Shown one piece after another: positions 60,264 to 64,000 of a DNA stretch of 64,000 bases. The notes under the pieces are model-generated. The model worked only from the letters and a program-made list of their open reading frames with translations, searched no databases and was not told the origin of the DNA. The stretch covers positions 9,862-73,861 of the forward strand of contig JBMYWP010000006.1 of NCBI GenBank assembly GCA_049607525.1. Direction: 5' to 3'. The translations under genes and the position numbers were made by a program. How positions within the stretch are numbered: the stretch's first letter is position 1; each line of letters starts with the position of its first letter. Source of the DNA: Flavobacteriales bacterium (GTDB lineage: Bacteria > Bacteroidota > Bacteroidia > Flavobacteriales > CAJXXR01).

Positions 60264-62114
60264 CTATTCTATAAATGAAGTAATTATTCCAAAACTAATA
60301 TTTCTCTTTGGCATAGGATTATTTGCAACTACTTGATAATCAATATTTGTAATATTTTGCAATTGCAAATTCATCTTTAATTTTATTCGATTAATTTTTA
60401 TTACCTTATTAATTGACACATCATGTGTTAGATAATTTGGCATATAATAGAGGTTATCGGTACTTATGTAATAAGAAGATGAATAATTCGATGACCAAAG
60501 TATATTCCAATTCTTTATTCCTATTTGGGTTTGGAAAGACCATTTATGCTTTGGTGAATAAATTAATAGTCGATTAATATCGGTATTTTTAGTGGAATTG
60601 TATTGATATTGAAACCCTGTTGAAGCCCTATCAATATTTTTTATGTTAAAATACTGGTTTATTCCTAACTCTACCCCTTCCGATTTTACCGAAAATACAT
60701 TTTCTGGTTGCCATTGACCAGATGTTTGTGGTTGCCAAATAATCCAATCTTCAACTTGGTTCAAATATGCAGTACCCGAAATTTTGGTGTAATTGATTTG
60801 TTTTTTGAATCCCAATTCATATTGCAGACTTTTTTCAGGATTCAAATTTGCATTCCCTCCATTTTCCCAATACAAATCATTTAAGGTTGGAAACCTTACA
60901 CTATTATTTACATGTCCGAAAATAGTCGTTTTTGGATTCAATTGAATGTGAGAGCTTAGACTTTTTATAAAAGCGAAGTCTCCATTAGACACAATTGGTT
61001 TTAGATTTACCGAGACCGAAGCTTTAGAACTTATATTTCTGGTGTAACCAACATTTGAAAAATGTAAACTATTGTTTTTTCTTTCTGCAAAACCAGTCGA
61101 TTTAGCTTGTGCTACTTCAGAACTCCAATTCCAACTCAATTTATCTTTATCCGATAACTGATTCACATAACGGAATTGAAGAAAATATTGTTTGGTTGAA
61201 ATGTTCGATATCAGGTTTGATGATGCCTTATCTTCGAAAATTGAGCGTTGAAATTGGTAACCCCAAAGCGCCTTCATTTTGTAATTGGCTTTACTTCTAT
61301 TCCAAGAAAGAGAAATAATTTTAGATTCATCTTTTTGGGTTTGTTTTTCTATTGGCTGATTTATTGATATTGGTCTAGGTATTTCTTTTTCACTTTCGCT
61401 AAATAATACGTTCATTTTAAGAAATGAGTATTTGTTTATTTTGTAAGCAATGTGATTTGAAAAGTCTAAAGCATTTTGTTTAGACACTTGTCTTGTTAGA
61501 TAGGCATTGACATACGTATTATAATATTCAAAATTATTAAGACTAGAAGAAGTATTCCAAGACGAATAAAAGTAGATATTAGAATCTGATAGTTCAAGAT
61601 TACCCGTATTTCTTTTTTGACCAAAACTTCCGAAATACGTAGAATATTCTATTTTATTTTGTTTTTCGAACTGATGTTGATTGCTAAGGTATAAACTTCC
61701 TCCGATGGCACCAGGATAAGAACCTGCCTCTCCTCCCCCAAGGATCAACTTCATATTATTAGAAGACAAAGGTCTAACCAAGTTTAAGTTAGACTGGCCT
61801 AAAGTCAATGAATTCATTGGAATACCATTCCAAAACATTTGATTTTGACTTGCCGAAGTTCCTCTTATAGACCAGGTGGCGAGACTTCCAGGCCCATATT
61901 GCTTAATAAAAACTGAAGGTTGGTTTCTTAAAATATCTGAAATTCTGTTTTCTAACAAATTAGAATCAACATTCAGATGTTTTATTTCATAACCCAATGG
62001 TTTTATGAAAACTTCTGTTTCAAGATCAACTGTCATTAATGTATCTTCTTGTCCAAACAATATGTTTACACTCAACACAGAAAAGATAAGAAACAATGCA
62101 ACCTTCATGTTCAA
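60264..62114 (-). CDS. TonB-dependent receptor, BtuB-like (probable cobalamin uptake)
   Basis: FIKQYGPGSLATWSIRGT plug, RFPTLNDLYW..GGN.NLNPEKS, DWIIWQP and YQVV..PMP.RN as in Bacteroidota BtuB-type receptors; DUF4465 neighbour. Confidence 0.85.
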   Translation of the reverse strand: MNMKVALFLIFSVLSVNILFGQEDTLMTVDLETEVFIKPLGYEIKHLNVDSNLLENRISDILRNQPSVFIKQYGPGSLATWSIRGTSASQNQMFWNGIPMNSLTLGQSNLNLVRPLSSNNMKLILGGGEAGSYPGAIGGSLYLSNQHQFEKQNKIEYSTYFGSFGQKRNTGNLELSDSNIYFYSSWNTSSSLNNFEYYNTYVNAYLTRQVSKQNALDFSNHIAYKINKYSFLKMNVLFSESEKEIPRPISINQPIEKQTQKDESKIISLSWNRSKANYKMKALWGYQFQRSIFEDKASSNLISNISTKQYFLQFRYVNQLSDKDKLSWNWSSEVAQAKSTGFAERKNNSLHFSNVGYTRNISSKASVSVNLKPIVSNGDFAFIKSLSSHIQLNPKTTIFGHVNNSVRFPTLNDLYWENGGNANLNPEKSLQYELGFKKQINYTKISGTAYLNQVEDWIIWQPQTSGQWQPENVFSVKSEGVELGINQYFNIKNIDRASTGFQYQYNSTKNTDINRLLIYSPKHKWSFQTQIGIKNWNILWSSNYSSSYYISTDNLYYMPNYLTHDVSINKVIKINRIKLKMNLQLQNITNIDYQVVANNPMPKRNISFGIITSFIE

Positions 62115-63059
62115 TTATTTTACAATCTTTATTTTAGACGTTTCACCTTGAATTGTGCAAACCAAAATTAGGATTCTATCTTGAAAATCAGACAAATTCA
62201 ATTCTTTAACATTTTGTTCAATAGCAATTTTTTGTCCTAAAACATTTGTAATCTCAACACGATCTATTTCTTTAGAAAATACGATTTGCTCTAAACTAGA
62301 ATTATAATATGACTCAATATTATTTTCTAAAACCGAAAGTGGAGATGGTTTTAAAACAGCCACTGCATCTAAATCGAAACCAGACGAATTAAAAGGAGTC
62401 GGCCATGGGTCATTAATAAAATTACCGTAAGAATCTTTAGTTCCATAAGTCGGATCAATACTTCCAACAACATCAATAATTCGAATATAATTGATGTTAT
62501 TAATATCTATTGATAAAGAATCTTCAAGTTCGTTTAAGTCAAATGGAGTTCCATATTGAGCTCTATATTTACCTGCTAAATTATTTACGTTTCTTGTATC
62601 TGTAGCTGCAAATCCACCTGTTTGTGTGTCGGTATCTGTGTTCGATTGATTTACAAAACGAACAAAGGTTTCACCATCTGTACTCACCTCTACAAAAGCT
62701 AATTCTAAAAAGTGGTTATCAAAGGCATTTTCAAAAACTGCAAAATCAAATCCTTCAATATCGCTTATCGGATTTGATAAAACATAGGTTGCTTGTCCTC
62801 CATCTCCCAAACTCACAACTTGTGGGTCAGATTGTCCCAAGGCAAAATGGTCATCACCATATGTCACTTGTCCTAAACTTGGATCCGAAGCATCTATAAG
62901 TCCGCGTTCTATTTTAACAGAATCGGCTAACCAATAATCTACTCTTGCATCGCTTTTAAAAACGGCAGTTGAAGTCGGATCACCAACGGCTCCTGGAAAA
63001 TTTTGAGCCACCAAACAAATGCCAGTGAAACTTAATAAAGTAAGAATAACCTTTTTCAT
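62115..63059 (-). CDS. T9SS type A sorting domain-containing surface protein
   Basis: Signal peptide LVAQ; VVSLGDGG, DFAVFENAF, ELAFVEVS.DG and GFDLDAVAV; short CTD ITNVLGQ...KIKIVK. Confidence 0.85.
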   Translation of the reverse strand: MKKVILTLLSFTGICLVAQNFPGAVGDPTSTAVFKSDARVDYWLADSVKIERGLIDASDPSLGQVTYGDDHFALGQSDPQVVSLGDGGQATYVLSNPISDIEGFDFAVFENAFDNHFLELAFVEVSTDGETFVRFVNQSNTDTDTQTGGFAATDTRNVNNLAGKYRAQYGTPFDLNELEDSLSIDINNINYIRIIDVVGSIDPTYGTKDSYGNFINDPWPTPFNSSGFDLDAVAVLKPSPLSVLENNIESYYNSSLEQIVFSKEIDRVEITNVLGQKIAIEQNVKELNLSDFQDRILILVCTIQGETSKIKIVK

Positions 63060-63076
63060 ATGTTAAAAGTAAAAAT

Positions 63077-63100
63077 AAAGGAACCCCGAGAGGTTCCTTT
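63077..63100 (-). terminator. Intra-operon hairpin or terminator
   Basis: aaaggaacc/ggttccttt stem followed by auuuuu on the minus strand. Confidence 0.7.
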
Positions 63101-63107
63101 TATTGTT

Positions 63108-63998
63108 TTATAATTTAGTAATCTTAATACGTTCTGTTTTTATTGCATTTTCAATTTCTACAATATAAACGCCCGTAGACAAATGTGTCAAATCTAAAAC
63201 CTCCGATTGGTTACCAGATGTTGTTGCCAGAACCAAAGCACCTTGCATATTATACATTCTTATTTGGTTTGAACCTTCGCTTAAATGATTTACCATTAAT
63301 GTATTTGTAGTTGGATTCGGATATAGAGATACAGAAGCATTGATATCGTAATCTTGAACAGAAACATTATTCCCAGTTTGAATATCGTCTAAACAGAAAT
63401 ACGATGGTGTATTCATTCCCCAATGTCCAACATCGGATGATGATAATTTAAACTGAATACTTTTAATTGGTGTTTGACTGATTTGTGTTCCCGCAAAATC
63501 AACAAGTTTCCAGTTGTCTAAAATGTAATCGTCTGTCGAATTTGCAAATCTATAATCTGCCAAGTAAACTTCTACACTATCAACTACATGATCACTGTAA
63601 TCAATTCCGTAAACCATTACTTTAAACCAATCTTCATCGGTACCATCTGCTCCACCAAATTTCTTTGCAAAAGCATCTCCATCTTTCATAGAAAGTGCCG
63701 TGTAAGTTGCATTCGAAATCATTAAGGATTTTACTCCTACATGAGAAGAAATTTCGAAAGTTGTTACCTCTCCATGAGCCACAGCAAACTGATCTCCATT
63801 AGAAGCCGCTCCAACATAAGTTGAATATTGGTTTCCGAAACCAGCAGTTGTATTATCTAACAAATTAGAAGCCGAAAATCCATTCCAAGATCCCCATGCT
63901 GGGTTATAATTGGTAGGGAAATAAGCTCCTCTGTTGTCTTCGTTATATTCAGAACTTAAGAAACCACCTTTTAAATCACTTCCATTTGCAAAACCATC
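63108..63998 (-). CDS. DUF4465 (BtuJ-like) domain protein with T9SS CTD (5'-truncated by the window edge)
   Basis: Frame open to the window end (...WGSWNGFSASN...); NQYS, SMKDGDAFAKKFGG, LADYR, SSD.G.WGMNTPSYFCLDD; CTD SLYPNP...YNMQG...GVYIV. Confidence 0.88.
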   Translation of the reverse strand, partial: DGFANGSDLKGGFLSSEYNEDNRGAYFPTNYNPAWGSWNGFSASNLLDNTTAGFGNQYSTYVGAASNGDQFAVAHGEVTTFEISSHVGVKSLMISNATYTALSMKDGDAFAKKFGGADGTDEDWFKVMVYGIDYSDHVVDSVEVYLADYRFANSTDDYILDNWKLVDFAGTQISQTPIKSIQFKLSSSDVGHWGMNTPSYFCLDDIQTGNNVSVQDYDINASVSLYPNPTTNTLMVNHLSEGSNQIRMYNMQGALVLATTSGNQSEVLDLTHLSTGVYIVEIENAIKTERIKITKL

Positions 63999-64000
63999 TG

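Noticed and set aside
3060-62899. Many short ORFs in the track that overlap long genes (e.g. 3515..3799, 18228..18548, 29430..29723, 38828..39202, 59188..59595)
   Set aside because: Antisense or out-of-frame shadows of well-supported CDSs with no independent motifs.

Overview
AT-rich chromosomal window from a Bacteroidota bacterium, most likely Flavobacteriales (T9SS cargo proteins, porT, split metH, long-form GAPDH, solitary pheT, TAnnTTTG promoters). About 45 CDSs; no rRNA, tRNA, CRISPR array or intact transposase/integrase was seen. In order: two tandem T9SS paralogs sharing a near-identical 3' end and terminator; an ArsR-rhodanese/YeeE/sterol-desaturase operon; a SAM-I riboswitch-led split metH-metF operon whose intergenic spaces hold REP-like hairpins and 7-bp tandem arrays; a run of unrelated accessory genes (12.9-16.9 kb); DUF2339, DUF4139, an orphan sbcC; a TIGR02594 lysin-like gene beside a signal-peptide protein built from phage-fibre-like modules; housekeeping genes (gap, porT, menG, menE, pheT, recQ-like, fmt); a CCC-type transporter; a cysteine dioxygenase; two accessory genes followed by related attC-like relics; ompA; and the 3' part of a probable cobalamin-uptake locus (DUF4465 with T9SS CTD, a second T9SS protein, a BtuB-like receptor). 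The best leads are the T9SS-exported B12-capture module, the heptamer/REP composite in the met operon, the attC-like relics, the fibre/lysin islet and the CTD-specific homogenisation of the tandem paralogs. All product calls come from motif recognition by eye, not database searches.
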